64,000 nt of DNA from Octopus vulgaris (taxonomy: Eukaryota). The stretch lies in the NCBI GenBank assembly GCA_951406725.2, contig OX597815.1, positions 186,000,001-186,064,000 on the forward strand, read 5' to 3'. Below are positions 13,190 to 27,599 of the stretch, one piece after another (within the stretch, counting starts at the first letter, position 1; each line of letters starts with the position of its first letter). The notes below the pieces were generated by a model. It saw only the letters and a program-made list of their open reading frames with translations. It was not told the DNA's origin and did not search any database. The translations under genes were made by a program, and so were the position numbers.

Positions 13190-13312
13190 CCGAAGGCTTA
13201 GCGGTATTTCGTCTGCCGCTACGTTCTGAGTTCAAATTCCGCCGTGGTCGATTTTGCTTTTCATCCTTTCGGGGTCGACTAAATAAGTACCAGTTATGCA
13301 CTGGGGTCGATA
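13190..13312 (+). mobile_element. SINE-A 5' fragment
   Basis: B box and core match. Confidence 0.85.
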
Positions 13313-14086
13313 CATACATACATACATACATACATACATACATACACATATATATATATATTGTTTATGTGTAGAAATGTTGTTTTTTGTGTGTTTGTGT
13401 ATGTGTGAATGTGTGCGTGTGTGTGTGTTTGTTTGCGTATTTGTGTATGTTTGTTGCATGCATGTGGTATATGGAATATGTGTGTGTGTGTGTTTGTTTA
13501 AGTATTTATGTATGGTTGTTGCATATATGTGGTATATGGTATTTGGTAGTTTTTTGCTAAGAATGAAATGTTTCTGTGGGTTGTGTTTGAGTGTCTGCGG
13601 CTGCTGGATGTTGTGTTTCCTCTGTGTTGTTGTCATGCTGAGTGAGTGTGTTTATGAATGAGGGTTGTATGTGTGTGTGTGTGGGAGTATGAATAAGTAA
13701 TGTGTAGAAGTATACGGCTACTTTATAAATTTATCGTTGCCTATATGTTTATGTGTATGTATAGAGATATATATATATGTGTGTGTGAGTTTGTGTATGT
13801 ATTTAGATATGTTTATATATATACTTGGATATATGTGTATGAGCATGTGTGTATATATATTTTTTATTTTTTGCTTTTTGTTTTTTGAAATTAGATTTTT
13901 CATCTTTAAATATGAGAATTTAAATACTAGGTTTCATTATATTCAATTGTTTATAGAGGTTATTTTAATTCTTGATTATATATAGATTATATATATATTT
14001 CTTCATTGATAAATTTATATTATTTATATATTTTAGTCATTTCAAATTTATATCTTAAAAATATTGATTATTTTTAGGTCTTGAAA

Positions 14087-14132
14087 CCACCTGATGAATG
14101 TCCTTAGAAGTGACAAGAAACAATTGTAGTGG
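14087..14132 (+). ncRNA. Minimal type I hammerhead ribozyme motif
   Basis: CCAC CUGAUGA A-UGUC-cuuagaagu-GACA-A GAAA CAAUUG UA GUGG: 4-bp stem I, 4-bp stem II with an A/A closing mismatch, palindromic stem III. Confidence 0.75.
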
Positions 14133-14259
14133 ATAACTTAATTTTATTTAATTTATATAAAAATTTTTATGTATTGGATTAAGTCTTTCTTTGTTTGATT
14201 TGCATAATAGTGGTTTTGTCTCTAATTAATATTATATATATATATATATTTATATATAT

Positions 14260-15124
14260 ACACGACGGGCTTCTTTCAGTTTCCGTCTACCAAATCCACT
14301 GACAAGGCATTGGTCGGCCCGAGGCTATAGCAGAAGACGCTTGCGCAAGTTGCCACGCAGTTGGAATGAACCCAGAACCATGTGGCTGGTAAGCAAGCTA
14401 CTTACCATACAGCCACTCCTGCGCCTTACGGTATGAAATATAGATATCATTTATCGTTTATCATTTACTTGGTTCAGTTTTTAGACTGTGGCCATGCTGG
14501 GGTACTACCTTAAAGAGATTTTAGTCAAATGAATCTACCCCAGTACTTATATTTTAAGCCTGGTATTTATTCTATCGACTTGTTTTCTCGAGTCGCAAAG
14601 TTACAGGGACGTAAACACACAAGCACCGGTCGTCAAGGGGTGGGGGTGACAGACCCAGACAGAAAGACACACCCACAGACACACATACATACATATATAC
14701 ATACATACATACATAAATACATAGGCGCAGGAGTGGCTATGTGGTAAGAAGCTTACTTCCCAACAGCATGGTTCCGGGTTCAATTCCAGCGTGGCACCTT
14801 GGGCAAGTGTCTTCTACTGTAGCCTCGGGCCTACCAAAACCTTGTGAGTGGATTTGGTAGACGGAAATTAAAAGGAACCCGTCGTGTATGCATATGTATA
14901 CGTGCATATCTGTGTGTCAGTCCGCCACCACAGCTTGACAACAAGTGATGGTGTGTTTATATCCCCATAACGCAGCGGTTCGGCTATAGAGATCGATAGA
15001 ACATGTACCAGGCTTTAAGAAAAAAGAAAAAGTCCTGGGGTCAATTGATTCGACAAATATTCCTCAAGGCGGTGCCCCAGCATGGCCGCAGTCTGATGGA
15101 CTCTCGCTGAGAGATTTATTATTG

Positions 15125-15170
<46 letters not shown>

Positions 15171-15740
15171 TCTTTTTTTTACTTGTTTCAGTCATTTGAC
15201 TGCGGCTATGCTGGAGCACCGCCTTTAATCGAGCAACTCGACCCCGGGACTTATTCTTTTTTGTAAGCCTAGTACTTATTCTATCGGTCTCTTTTGCCGA
15301 ACCGCTAAGTAACGGGGACATAAACACACCAGCATCGGTTGTCAAGCAATTCTAGGGGGACAAACACAGACACACAAACACACACACGCATATATATATA
15401 TATATACATATATACGACGGGCTTCTTTCAGTTTCCGTCTACCAAATCCACTCACAAGGCATTGGTCGGCCCGAGGCTATAGTAGAAGATACTTGCCCGA
15501 GGTGTCACGCAGTGGGACTGAACCCGGAACCATGTGGTTGGTAAACAAGCTACTTACCACACAGCCACTCCATATATATATATGGTTTCTTTCAGTTTCC
15601 ATGTACCAAATTCACTCACAAGGGTTTGTTTGGCCCACGGCTATAGTAGTAGACACCTAGTCAAGGCGCCACGCAATGGCACTGAACCCAGAATCATGAA
15701 GTTGGGATGAAAACTTCTTACCACACAGCCACGCATGCAC
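14260..15740. mobile_element. Cluster of five SINE-B copies or fragments (14260-14427 -, 14455-14680 -, 14723-15095 +, 15170-15570 -, 15583-15740 -)
   Basis: Repeated matches to the SINE-B head and tail. Confidence 0.85.
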
Positions 15741-16045
15741 CGATAACATTCATACAGGTTGTAAGAAAAATAGATATAAATTGTTCATACTGGTGGTGTA
15801 GAAAATAAATGTCATTCGCACTGGCTGCATGGAAGATGGATATCATTCATACAGGCTGCATTGAAGTCGGATGTCATTCATACATACTGTGTGAAAGATG
15901 GAGAACGTACATATTGCAAGTTAGGAAGATAGATATCATTCAAAAAGTGCCGAAGATGGATATCTTTCAGTCTGAATGTGTAGGATATCATTCATACTGG
16001 CAGCGTAAAAGATGGGTATCGTTCATAATGGCTGTCTGGATGTGC
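15740..16045. repeat. Degenerate minisatellite, ~30-bp unit (gatggatatcattcatactgg..)
   Basis: atatcattcatac-like motif recurs ~8-9 times. Confidence 0.7.
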
Positions 16046-16289
16046 GTCATAGCGTTCCAGCTTGTATGTTTAATCTATCACCTGGTTTATCACTATTACT
16101 TGGCCTTTGAAGTATTTTGGGCGCCGTTGGCGGACTCAGTATCTTATTAAAAATACCTTTTCATTTCCTGTCATCACAGTTGGAGACCTTGATAAGGGTC
16201 ATGGACGCTGACCCCATCCCCTTTCTGGCTGTTATATAAAAAGGAAATAACAGCTAGATTCATATGTCGCCAAGACTTATTTCTTATGA

Positions 16290-16712
16290 ATATTTCCGCT
16301 TCTTTCGTCCGTCTTTATGTTCTGAGTTCAAATGCCACAAAGGTCGACCTTGCCTTTCATCGTTTCGTGGTCGATAATAGACGTACCAGTTGCGTACTGG
16401 GGTCAACGTAATCGACTTAACGCCTTCCCTAGAATTGCTGACCTTTTGCCAAAATTCAAAATCAATATTTTCACTTCTTAATGTTACGACATGGCAGAAC
16501 CGTTAGCACGCCGGGCGAAATGCGTAGCCGTATTTCGTCTGTCTTTACGTTCCGAGTTCAAATTTCGCCGAGGTCGACTTTGCCTTTCATTCTTTCAGGG
16601 TCGATAAATTAAGTACCAGTTACGCACTGGGATCGATGTAATCGACTTAATCCCTTTGTCTGTCCTTGTTTGACCCCTCTGTGTTTAGCCCCTTATGGGT
16701 AGTAAAGAAATA
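16290..16712 (+). mobile_element. Two SINE-A-type copies (16290-16470, 16490-16712)
   Basis: B box and core matches; the two copies have different tails. Confidence 0.85.
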
Positions 16713-17367
16713 GATATTTCTTTTGTCTTCAGATTATTCACTGAGTTTTCATTGTCACAAAATTTATTAGTAATCATTGTAAAAACTGATATATTTTTAT
16801 TTCATAATATTGTTTTTTTCTAGAGTAGAAAAGAATATATTCTTGCTGTACCAATGTTGACGCTATTTTCGATATTAGATTCCTCCCATTTAGAGCTTTC
16901 AAGAAAACTTAATTATGAAAAAATTTGTTCTTTACGGAAAACAAACATATGATGGCTGAAAGCCGAATTTCGGTCTTTCTTCCAATCAAATTTTGACCAC
17001 GTTTTGTCTCGTATGACTCGTGTCACACCCTGAAATTCTATGAAATTTCAAGAATTAGATTAGTTACATTGAGAATTTTTTCTACTTAAGTATATTAGAC
17101 AAGTATTAAAGAAATAAAGAAATTATACAAAAGGTTGCATCCATGCCTTACTCTATCATTTTACAACACATTTTATTGTAATATTTTTTACCCAACTAAT
17201 ATAACATCCATCGCACTTCAAGTGAACTATCATATAATTTGACAAAGAATTGAATAAGATAGGAATGTAGATACGCTAGCAATGTAAAATATTATTAAAG
17301 AATATTATTTCCCCACTGCATCGGATGAATATACGTACATGTTTGTATGCATACAGACATATATACA

Positions 17368-17433
<66 letters not shown>

Positions 17434-17557
17434 CCTATCTATCTATCTATCTATCTATCTACCTATCTATCTATCTATCTCTCTATATATACATAGATAG
17501 ATAGATAGATAGATATATGTACACACGCACGCATTTATATGCATAAATATACATATA

Positions 17558-17607
<50 letters not shown>

Positions 17608-19588
17608 TGTATACATACATAAACAGTGGAATGATATATGTCAATTTATTTACTATATAACAACCCCTCCATTTGTGATTTATCTATAGAAACTACGACA
17701 AACAGAAAATATATTAGAATAAAAACAAAACGAAGAGAGTAAATTTAAACATTCTGATGTCCTTCCATCTGTTATATTTGACAAGTCTCAAACAATGATG
17801 TAGAAGCCTAGCAGAACCAGTTACACTTGCCAAAAGCAGTGTTATCGATAATATGTAACAATCATTTATCTGTCAAGTGAATTGTTGACTCTAGAAAGAC
17901 ATTTATTTTAGAAAGGAAAAAAAAATATAGAATGGTACATTCTGATATACTCATATTCATACTTATAAAAGATAATTCTACTTAAAGGCCATTGAAGCCC
18001 ACACGGATATCTCAGGAATCAACCATCGAAAAGCATCGTTTGACGTTTTTATGTCCTTGTTCCAACAAACGGATGATGTAATCTTGTTTTTGTTTGATAA
18101 ATAGTTTGATAGTAAAGACTGGAAAAAGAAAACGAAATGAAGTACGGCCATTTATTTAAAGAAGATAAGAGCTGCACAACATTTCTGAACTGGAATGGCT
18201 CTCGTAAAGCATAGTCGTTAGGTTCTTTGTTATTCAGGGCCGAACGTATAAATACATGTGGAAATTATATCTGTAGGATTGTAGCCGGGAAACGGATTCC
18301 TTTATGTAAAATCTTTAGCTGTTCATGCTGCAGGTCTCCCTCCATCTCACCATTCAAGCGAAAAGACAAGAATTTATTTATTTCGTCAGCAGATTCGCCA
18401 CAAGTGATCTTAGAACACGCCGAAATAAAATCGGCAAATAATCTCGTCCAAGAGCTGCACCATATTGAACGTCTTGGAGTGGTAATATTTTATCGACACA
18501 GGAAGAATGAAAAGCAAAAAAAGAAAAAAAAATTGATGGCATTTGCACTCAGAATGGAGGGAAATTGCAAAAATACTTTAGGGTATTTTATTCGACGCTC
18601 AAACGTTTCTACCAAACAATCCTTCCCTTCATCATGCATACTATTTGTATTACGTAATCACGTGATCGACTAGACTATCGGATGTTGTTATGCATCACTG
18701 ATCACAATACGTTTTTGCATCGTTTTAGCATTCGAATGATGCCACCGCGCTGGGTAGACGAGCAGACCAACAATCCCAAGTACCATTTACGTACTGGGGT
18801 CGACTTGTGCCTAGTGTTAAAAAGAATATAGATTACAACGATGGGGCTTTTCACTTCCTGTCATTACAGTTGGAGACCTTGATATGGGTCATGGACGCTG
18901 ACCCCATCCCCTTTCTGGCTGTCATATAAAAGGAAATATATTTCTTTATTGCCCACAAGGGGCTAAACATAGAGGTGACAAACAAGGACAGACAAAGGGA
19001 TTAAGTCGATTACATCGACCCCAGTGCGTAAAAGGAAATAACTGCTAGATTCATATGTCGTCAAGACTTATTTATTATGAATATTTCCGCTTCTTTTGTC
19101 CGTCTTTATGTTCTGAGTTCAAATGCCACAAAGGTCGACCTTGCCTTTCATCGTTTCGTGGTCGATAATAGATATACCAGTTGCGTACTGGGGTCAACTT
19201 AATCGACTTAACGTAATCGACTTGCTAGAAACCAACTTCTTCCTCCGAGAACGAATTTAAATAATTAAAAGCAGAACGTACGTACGTACATACATACATA
19301 CATACATACATACATACATACATACATACATACATACATACATACATACATACATACATACATACATACATACATTATATATGCCAAATAAATATCAATG
19401 TATTTCATTGAAAAACAGAATGTGTACAGCTAATACTTTTTTCAGAGCAGACATTGTTTATAACCTGTAATCAACGTCCAATTAACAAGCTGGAGTATCA
19501 TTAATCAATCCCTTCTTCCTTTCTCACCCTTTACATTCTTACATTCACAGTGTTTTAGATAAGTTTAAAAATGCAACAGCTTCAAAAT

Positions 19589-19662
<74 letters not shown>

Positions 19663-19695
19663 ATCAAAATAAGCAACAAGAATGACTCCGGTAAT

Positions 19696-19781
19696 TTGGT
19701 ACAATCGTTTCGTACTACACCATTTTATTAAATGTTGTAAGTATTACAACAGATTTAAGATGCTGAGTACTCATCAGCCAA
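19696..19781 (-). ncRNA. Type I hammerhead ribozyme with canonical core and extended stem II
   Basis: Sense: UUGG CUGAUGA GUACU-(~49 nt containing the UGUUGUAA/UUACAACA hairpin)-AGUAC GAAA CGAUUG UA CCAA. Confidence 0.85.
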
Positions 19782-20184
19782 TTATAGAGGTTTTCCATTA
19801 ATACAAAAGTTTTCAAATCAAGTGGCAACATTATAGAGAAGGTAGATATACAGACAAAGATGTAGATTTAAATTTTAAGAACGTATGAGGTAGTGAAGTC
19901 CTACCGCTGACTGACCAAGATATGGCTGTTCACACACACACATATACATATATATAATCAAAATCAAGGATATCCAAGGTAGTGTATATCATTAGCGATA
20001 TAGGTACTCATGTAGTACCCTTGTGTATATATGTACATATCTATTATTGTATGTATATATTTTATTAATTTGCCTGTACGGCTGATAATTCGCTTACCAC
20101 TCGTGATGGTATTTTAATAATACCATCCCCATGTTTATATATATATATATATATAATATATATATACATAATATATATATATAC

Positions 20185-20253
<69 letters not shown>

Positions 20254-20281
20254 AAAAATTATTACGCATTATTTGTGGGTG

Positions 20282-20312
<31 letters not shown>

Positions 20313-20539
20313 GAATGCATGTGTGCACATGCATGCACGCTTATGTGGCAGTTACTCTACATGTTTAGAAGCAGACTATATCTTTTTAACAGATACCAAA
20401 TTATTGGTTTTATCTGATTGTCACATATTTTATCTGTTTATATTTTTTATTTTCACAAAAATATTAGCGTTTTCGTTGCTTTTGCTATTATTATGGTAAT
20501 TAACGTTCCAGAAGCAATAAAACAATTGAAGCGATTGAT

Positions 20540-21610
20540 GATATTCGATATAAATCAGAATGAAAAATTGGAAATTTCTGTTGTTAGTGAATTTGTGACT
20601 GTCTGGTGGAGATCGCATCACAGGAATTTATGACCGCATGTAAAATTTTGTACTAGTAAGAATTGTATAAACTCTGCTGGTATAAATTTCAGTAAACCCC
20701 CCTGGAAGAGATTGGGAGAAAATATCCCTTGAAGACGAATCGCGGCTATGACGGCCAATTGGAAGAGTCTCCGAAGGATACACCGTTGCTTCTGGATTAT
20801 CTTATAAAGAAAAATCGACGAAATTAATGAACAACGTGGGAGGGTGACACAGAGTGTGGTAATTTATTTGGCCTCTGGATTGAATTCTTCAGGTGAATAC
20901 TCGCAGCTTTCTAGTTTCTGATTCCAAAATAATGGATAGAAGTGGGAGATATTTTAAGGAACGCCTCAAGTTCATGCATGAGAAGTGGAGCCTCTTCAAG
21001 CGGTGTTTAATAACCGGTTGAGAAAGATCGATCGCTACGACTCGAAGACGAAAGAACAATCCGAGCCTTAAAAGCATAATATTTCTCTGCCATCCGAGAG
21101 ATTCAAAGTCGGATCCAGTTGAGGAGGCACGTTCATGTGGCTACACAACTACGATTCTGAGGGTGTGGGTCTTTAATGATTATCTGCAACACGGCACAAT
21201 ACTCATAGGTGCCAAATATGCTGATTTGCTGCAGGGGTTGCAAAACTGTGCCGCGACAAAGTACTTTGGAATGTCGAGTGCCATTTTGCTGAGTTTTCAT
21301 AACAATGCACCAATTCCTAGGGACCGAGTGTCAAATACTGCTATTTGTGAACGCTTCTTTCGGACAGGTTATGTTGCAGAATTTGTTCTTTATGTTTCCA
21401 TATTTGAAGCACTATTTCAAAAACAGGCAATTCTCCTGCGCTGAAAAGAATGCAGTCGAATATAATGCAACAATTCTTCGCGTAGAACAAATAGTTGTGA
21501 ATAAATGGCGTTGAGCAGTTGCAACAGAGATACAAAAGTATCTTTTAGCTTACAATGACTTTGTTGAAAAATGCCTGTATTTGTCGAAAAGCTAAATAAC
21601 ATAAATTTAC
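20540..21610 (+). pseudogene. Highly degraded mariner-like transposase
   Basis: DYLQHGTILIGAKYADLL..ILLSFHNNAP..MFPYLKHYFKNRQFS resembles the mariner DD34D region. Boundaries approximate. Confidence 0.5.
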
Positions 21611-21639
21611 CTTCTTCCTACTGTCATGCATTAAGTATA

Positions 21640-21875
21640 CTTATTTCTTTATTGCCCACAGAGGGCTAAACATAGAGGGGACAAACAAGGACAGACAAAC
21701 GGATTAAGTCGTTTACATCGACCCCAGTGCGTAACTGGTACTTATTTAGTCGACTCCGAAAGGATGAAAGACAAAGTCGACCTTGGCAGAATTTGAACTC
21801 AGAACGTGACGCTAGACGAATTATCGCTAAGCATTTCGCCCGCCGTGCTAACGATTCTGCCAGCTCACCGCCATC
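21640..21875 (-). mobile_element. SINE-A, full length
   Basis: Complete match. Confidence 0.9.
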
Positions 21876-21914
21876 ATTAAGAATATTGGGCCCAGAACCC
21901 TTGGGGAAATTCTT

Positions 21915-21962
<48 letters not shown>

Positions 21963-22155
21963 TACATACACACATACACACACGCACACACATATACATA
22001 GATGTATAAATCTTTATTGATTATCCATAAGTGATAAATCACAGGACTCAATACAAATGTATGAATGTATACATACTTACATACATACATACATACACAC
22101 ACACATATAGATATATACATACATATATATATGTGTGTGTGTTTATGCATATATA

Positions 22156-22236
<81 letters not shown>

Positions 22237-23409
22237 CTATGTAAGTATATATAAAATGTGTGTCTGTGTGTGCGGGATTTCTGTTTTAGATCGAGTAGAC
22301 ACCAAAATCTTGAATTCTTATTCGTGGTTATTTTTGTTTGCCTTACATTTGGTCTTCAAATATCGTACAGAGGTCATTTTTTATATAAAATAATACCCTC
22401 TATATTACCGTTCATCAGTAAAAACTTGTCCTCATCCACTCCATAATAAACACAACCCAAAGACGTAGTCATTTCTCGAAATACTTCAGATGGTATTCAG
22501 CCGGTGCTCATGATTGCTATAGACTGAAAATCTTTTGTACGTTCAAAATCATGAGCATTTTACCATTATATAACGATATAATGACGTGTTACAATGAATT
22601 GTAACCACGAAGTAGACATTTAACCCGTGCTATAGTAATCTTATTTCTGTTCTTTTACATTTATCCATTTGATAATTTCCTAGGTGTATAGACCAACACG
22701 GATTATGCCTAAGCAAAAAATTCTTACCTATTCTAACATTTGTGTACGCACAGTAGTTTCGTCAAGAAATCATAACATTGCAATTTTTAAATATAAAGAA
22801 TAAACTTTTGTTTGGCATAAGTTCAAATGGTTACAAAGAATCTAAATAAAGTAAATTAAGAAAAAAATTTAAAAAATGCATTTGGCAAAATTAAAAGTCG
22901 CACCGTTGAATTACACGTACAGAGATATTTGAGAAAAAATAGTCTGTAATTTCTTTTTTCATGGGAGAATGAATGAAAAGCAGATTGAATAGGTTTAGAT
23001 AAAGTGAGATAAAAAAGAAAAATATTGAGTGACTATGTCACATTGTAAGAAAACAAATTTCTTTCCTTATCTTTTCAAACAGGTTTGAAAAAGAGCTCAC
23101 TTGCTAAAATCTACCAACGTAAAAGTATATACACCATTTATTGATCATACACAACCGAGACATAGAAAACGCAACAATAATAGCGCAGTATTAATTTTTT
23201 TTATATATTTCTATAGAATAGAACTACAAGTGAAAATCCACATCTACAGACTAAGAAAAGTAGTTGAGGACATATTTATTAATTTGATAAGATTTAGCAA
23301 AACCCAAATACGTTTTAATAACAATGTATGCACATGTTTTCGATAAGCTTTCATAAAATATTATTTTCTTATGAATTCGTCTTCAGCATCGATGACTGTG
23401 GGGCCGAAA

Positions 23410-24390
23410 TCGTTGACATTCATGCGCTAAATGGTTTATTAATTGCGGACATCTGGACTATAGCGGTTTTCAGAAAAGTTATAGTGTGGTGAGGATGTCG
23501 AATTGCTTTCTCTTGAACAAAAGTACAAAACTCTTAACTTAAAAGGCCATGGAGTTCAAATCTGTCGAGCTTGGAGGTCACATGACTGGCGTTACATAAT
23601 CCTACAGATTGCCTGGAGTCCATTCCTGTATTAACTTGGCTTTGTGAGAAGGCATTCCTCAGTGTACGTCATGCATCCAAAGCTAAACAACTGTCCCCAG
23701 CACCTAAACATAGCAAGCAGCATCTATTATAAGACTCTGTGGAAAGGTACGAGGTGGCATGACATGACCGTCATTATACACCACTCCTAAAGCCGAAGAG
23801 TTTGTATTCATAATTCTGGAGGACATCAGAGGGTTCTGTTCGTAACCATCTCTAATTTCTCCTGTTGGTCTTCATTAAAGATTCTCGCATCAGGTTTTTG
23901 GATCTTGCAAGGCAAACACTTGCAGACAAGAATCGACTTCTTCTCAGTACATATATGACTTTTACCGAATGTGCTCATGTATCCAAGTCATACCTGTCCA
24001 CTCTGACACCTGAACACCTTAAGTTCTTAAGGGTGATGGCCCTTATTGATTTTTCCGGGATCATCATCTGTAATGTTTCGAATCCGTCGGAAGTATAGTG
24101 GTGTCCTTATAGTGGGCAAACCTTTTGAAAGCTTTCTTTTTTTTTGATACAGTTGAAAGATATCCACCAGGTGCTTCCAGTTGCATCCGAACTTTTTGTA
24201 CTAGACATTTGTTGCATTTCGGAAGTAAACATCTTAATCGCTGTGTTCCGCACATATGGTAACAATGACTGTATGTATTTTCATTTCTTGTGGGAACATT
24301 TTGTCTGCGATTGGGACCTAAAAGAAATAAGAACCTTGAATTGCTTTGAATATACTAATAATTTTGTGACTTGAAATATCCCTCTAACAC
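23410..24390 (-). pseudogene. Highly degraded Tc1-like transposase
   Basis: Minus strand at ~23550-23584 reads *PPSSTDLNS (decayed WPPSSPDLNP). Boundaries approximate. Confidence 0.5.
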
Positions 24391-24404
24391 TTTCGATGCA
24401 AATT

Positions 24405-24515
24405 AAGTTAAGTTAAGTTAAGTTAATTTTTTGGCTCAAAAAGCAAAAAGGCAAGGCCATGTAGGGGGACATGGAGTTATGTACAGGGAGGGTGTTCATG
24501 CAAAGAGTTCAGACC
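24405..24515 (-). mobile_element. 3' UTR of the same CR1-like family
   Basis: Near identical to 28712-28800, with an (ACTTA)n tail. Confidence 0.8.
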
Positions 24516-25844
24516 CCATACGCATTTGATTTTATGAGAAATATGTAATTATATTTACATATTTCATAATGTTTTTAATATTTGTTTTCTTGAAACATAT
24601 TTTTATAAGCAGTGTAGCGAAAAGTAATGGTTGTTGAATGTTAAACAAAACAATTAAAAACAAAATGAGAACTTCTAAAGTTTTCTATATATGCATAATA
24701 CATACAGACAAGCGTGCATTCATATATGCGTGCATTAATATATACTCACATACACACTATATTGAAAATATAACAAAATATCGCTTTCGAAGCTTCCCTC
24801 CTTATTCTTCTTCACTAAGAAATATGGAAACTAATTTACCATTTCGTATGTATTTTATGGAGCATATCTGGTCATATGTTTTGCAATGGAATGAAAAAGC
24901 GCCTAGTTCCTATGAATATTGAACAGCTTACAATAGCAATGCCAAGAGGCAGTACCATTACTTAACAGTTAAATAAATTGAGTCTCTAGATATAAGCAGA
25001 CTCTTTGTTCAATAACTATATTTTCACTGGCGTTTAAAATGTTGTAAAACATTTTTATCGTCAATGTTGTATTGCAGCCACATGACAAAATAGATTAGTT
25101 TTTTAAAAAATAGGAAAATATGCAAATATTTTTCTTCTTATCATGGAAAATAATGAATTGGTTTTTGTTTCGTTTTCATGAAAAAAAAATATGTTCGTAT
25201 TATTATCCATCACTTTCAAAAGTTACCAGTTGTTTATTATGCATTTTTAATTTCATAGATAGCCCCGAGACTCCTGCGGGAGAAGAGAAATCTGTAAAAT
25301 AGGTTTCTGGTTTTTTTTATGAACGCTTTTAATGTTTTACTGTTCGTTGAGATGATACAATACATCAACAAGTTATTAATTTTAAAAATACTATTACCAA
25401 AGGAATACTATGCAGTTAATGATACGTTCAGAAAATTATTAAGTTATAAAACCAGATACAACGTTACAAAATAAATTCTAAACTCCGGCTGTAGAGATTA
25501 AATAATGTAGAGATTTAAATAATATACTGACAAAGCATCAGGGCAAAATTTTATATAGAGCTGGATAATGGAGAGTAAATCTCTGTTTTGCTTCGATATT
25601 TTTTTCATTTTCCTTTCTCTGATTAATGAAAGATATCAGAAGTACAACACGTTTCAGGAGCCTCGTTCGCATGTATACCCAAAATGTTTACGTTGTTCAT
25701 GTGTCTAAACATTAAATATCATTATTTATTCTTTATTATCAGGAGGAAAGTGTGTGAAATATGCCTGCGTAACTATTAAATATTACTTACTCTATATATT
25801 ATTGTTGTTAGTGGGGCTTTTAACGAATTATTTTTTCTTTTTTT

Positions 25845-26030
25845 CTACCTTTTACTGGTTTAAGTCAGTAGACTGTAGCCATGCTGGAGCATCGCGTTGA
25901 AGAACTTATAATAGAATTAATGGAACCCAGTACTTATTTACTTTTTAAAGCCTGATACTAAGTGACGGGAGCATAAAGACAACAACACCGGTTCTCAAGC
26001 GATGGACAAACACTTACACACACATATATT
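25845..26030 (-). mobile_element. Degraded SINE-B 3' fragment
   Basis: gactgtagccatgctggagcatcgc..cccagtacttat match. Confidence 0.65.
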
Positions 26031-26042
26031 CATGTATGTATG

Positions 26043-26220
<178 letters not shown>

Positions 26221-26234
26221 AATGCGATTGCGTG

Positions 26235-26609
<375 letters not shown>

Positions 26610-26610
26610 C

Positions 26611-26774
26611 AATCCAAACAACAACGCGAGGACGTGTTATTGGACGCTCAGGAAAAGAAAGAAAAGAAAGGGGATTTCACGTTTCAAGCGGAGCTCTTCA
26701 TCAGAAATATAGAAAAAGTCCAATGAAGGGATGACGGAGAAAGAAAATCACCAACGATACATAAGCGGTCACAT
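26611..26774 (-). mobile_element. Family A short element (hammerhead at 26674-26708)
   Basis: Sense: AUUU CUGAUGA A GAGC-UCC-GCUU GAAA CG UG AAAU; the cleavage triplet is mutated to GUG. Confidence 0.8.
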
Positions 26775-26779
26775 ATTTC

Positions 26780-27027
26780 TCGCCCTTTTAAACCCTAGCC
26801 AGGCTCATGGGCCCGGTTTCTCGGTTTCAATGGCGTATGTGTTCCCCAGCTGAACGTGACGCCAGTCCATTGCAATGTTACTCAATTTTGCCAGCTGAGT
26901 GGACTGGAGCAACGTGAAATGAAGTGTTTTGTTCAAGAACACGAGGCGTCACCCGGTCCAAGAATCGAAACCACAATCTTACGATCATGATGCTGACACC
27001 CTAACCACTAAGCCACGCACCTCCACA
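26780..27027 (-). mobile_element. tRNA-derived SINE with SINE-C-like head and a different body
   Basis: Head gtggaggtgcgtggcttagtggttaggg..ggtttcgattc, followed by a CORE-like cttgaacaaaacactt segment and an unrelated tail. Confidence 0.7.
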
Positions 27028-27374
27028 AATAGCGATGTACTGCTGCAGGTTTCATCGACTAAATACGTGCTTGAAATTTTAGGCTTTGTGCTTATGCCAG
27101 AGAAATTGTTTTGACGCGGTGAACAGGCAGAGCCGTTTGAGCACCGAAAACATGCTCGCGGTGTTTGTTCTGACTCATTTAACTCCACAAATTGTGTTCG
27201 AATGTATTCATGCGCTCCTTTAATGATTTCTCGAGATATTTGATGTTAATAAACACCATTTTGAATATATTTTAGCCCAGTGTCACTTTGATGGCATGCA
27301 ATGATCTCTCACTCAATAACAAAAGCAATAACAACAACAACAACAACAACAATAACAATAACAATAATAATAAT

Positions 27375-27423
<49 letters not shown>

Positions 27424-27599
27424 GTAATAGTAATAATAGTAATAATAATAATAATAGTATTAATAATAAAGGTCACAAATCTTTTACATCGACCCCAGTG
27501 TACCCCGAAAGAATGAAAGACAAAATCGACCGTGGCAGAATTTGAACTGAGTGTAAGGCCGGAAGAAATACCGCTAAGCATTCTACCCAGCGCGGTAAA

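Noticed and set aside
15740-16045. CRISPR-like repeat-spacer array
   Set aside because: The units are degenerate throughout, there are no unique spacers or cas genes, and the context is eukaryotic. It is a minisatellite.
18227-18673. 148-aa ORF in unique sequence
   Set aside because: Non-ATG start, no recognisable domain, includes an A-rich run, and has no clear splice signals.
23326-23391. Minus-strand CUGAAGA..GAAA hammerhead-like match with an internal ttcataa/ttatgaa hairpin
   Set aside because: The base of stem II is unpaired, the triplet would be GUG and stem I is only 3 bp. Too weak without homologues.
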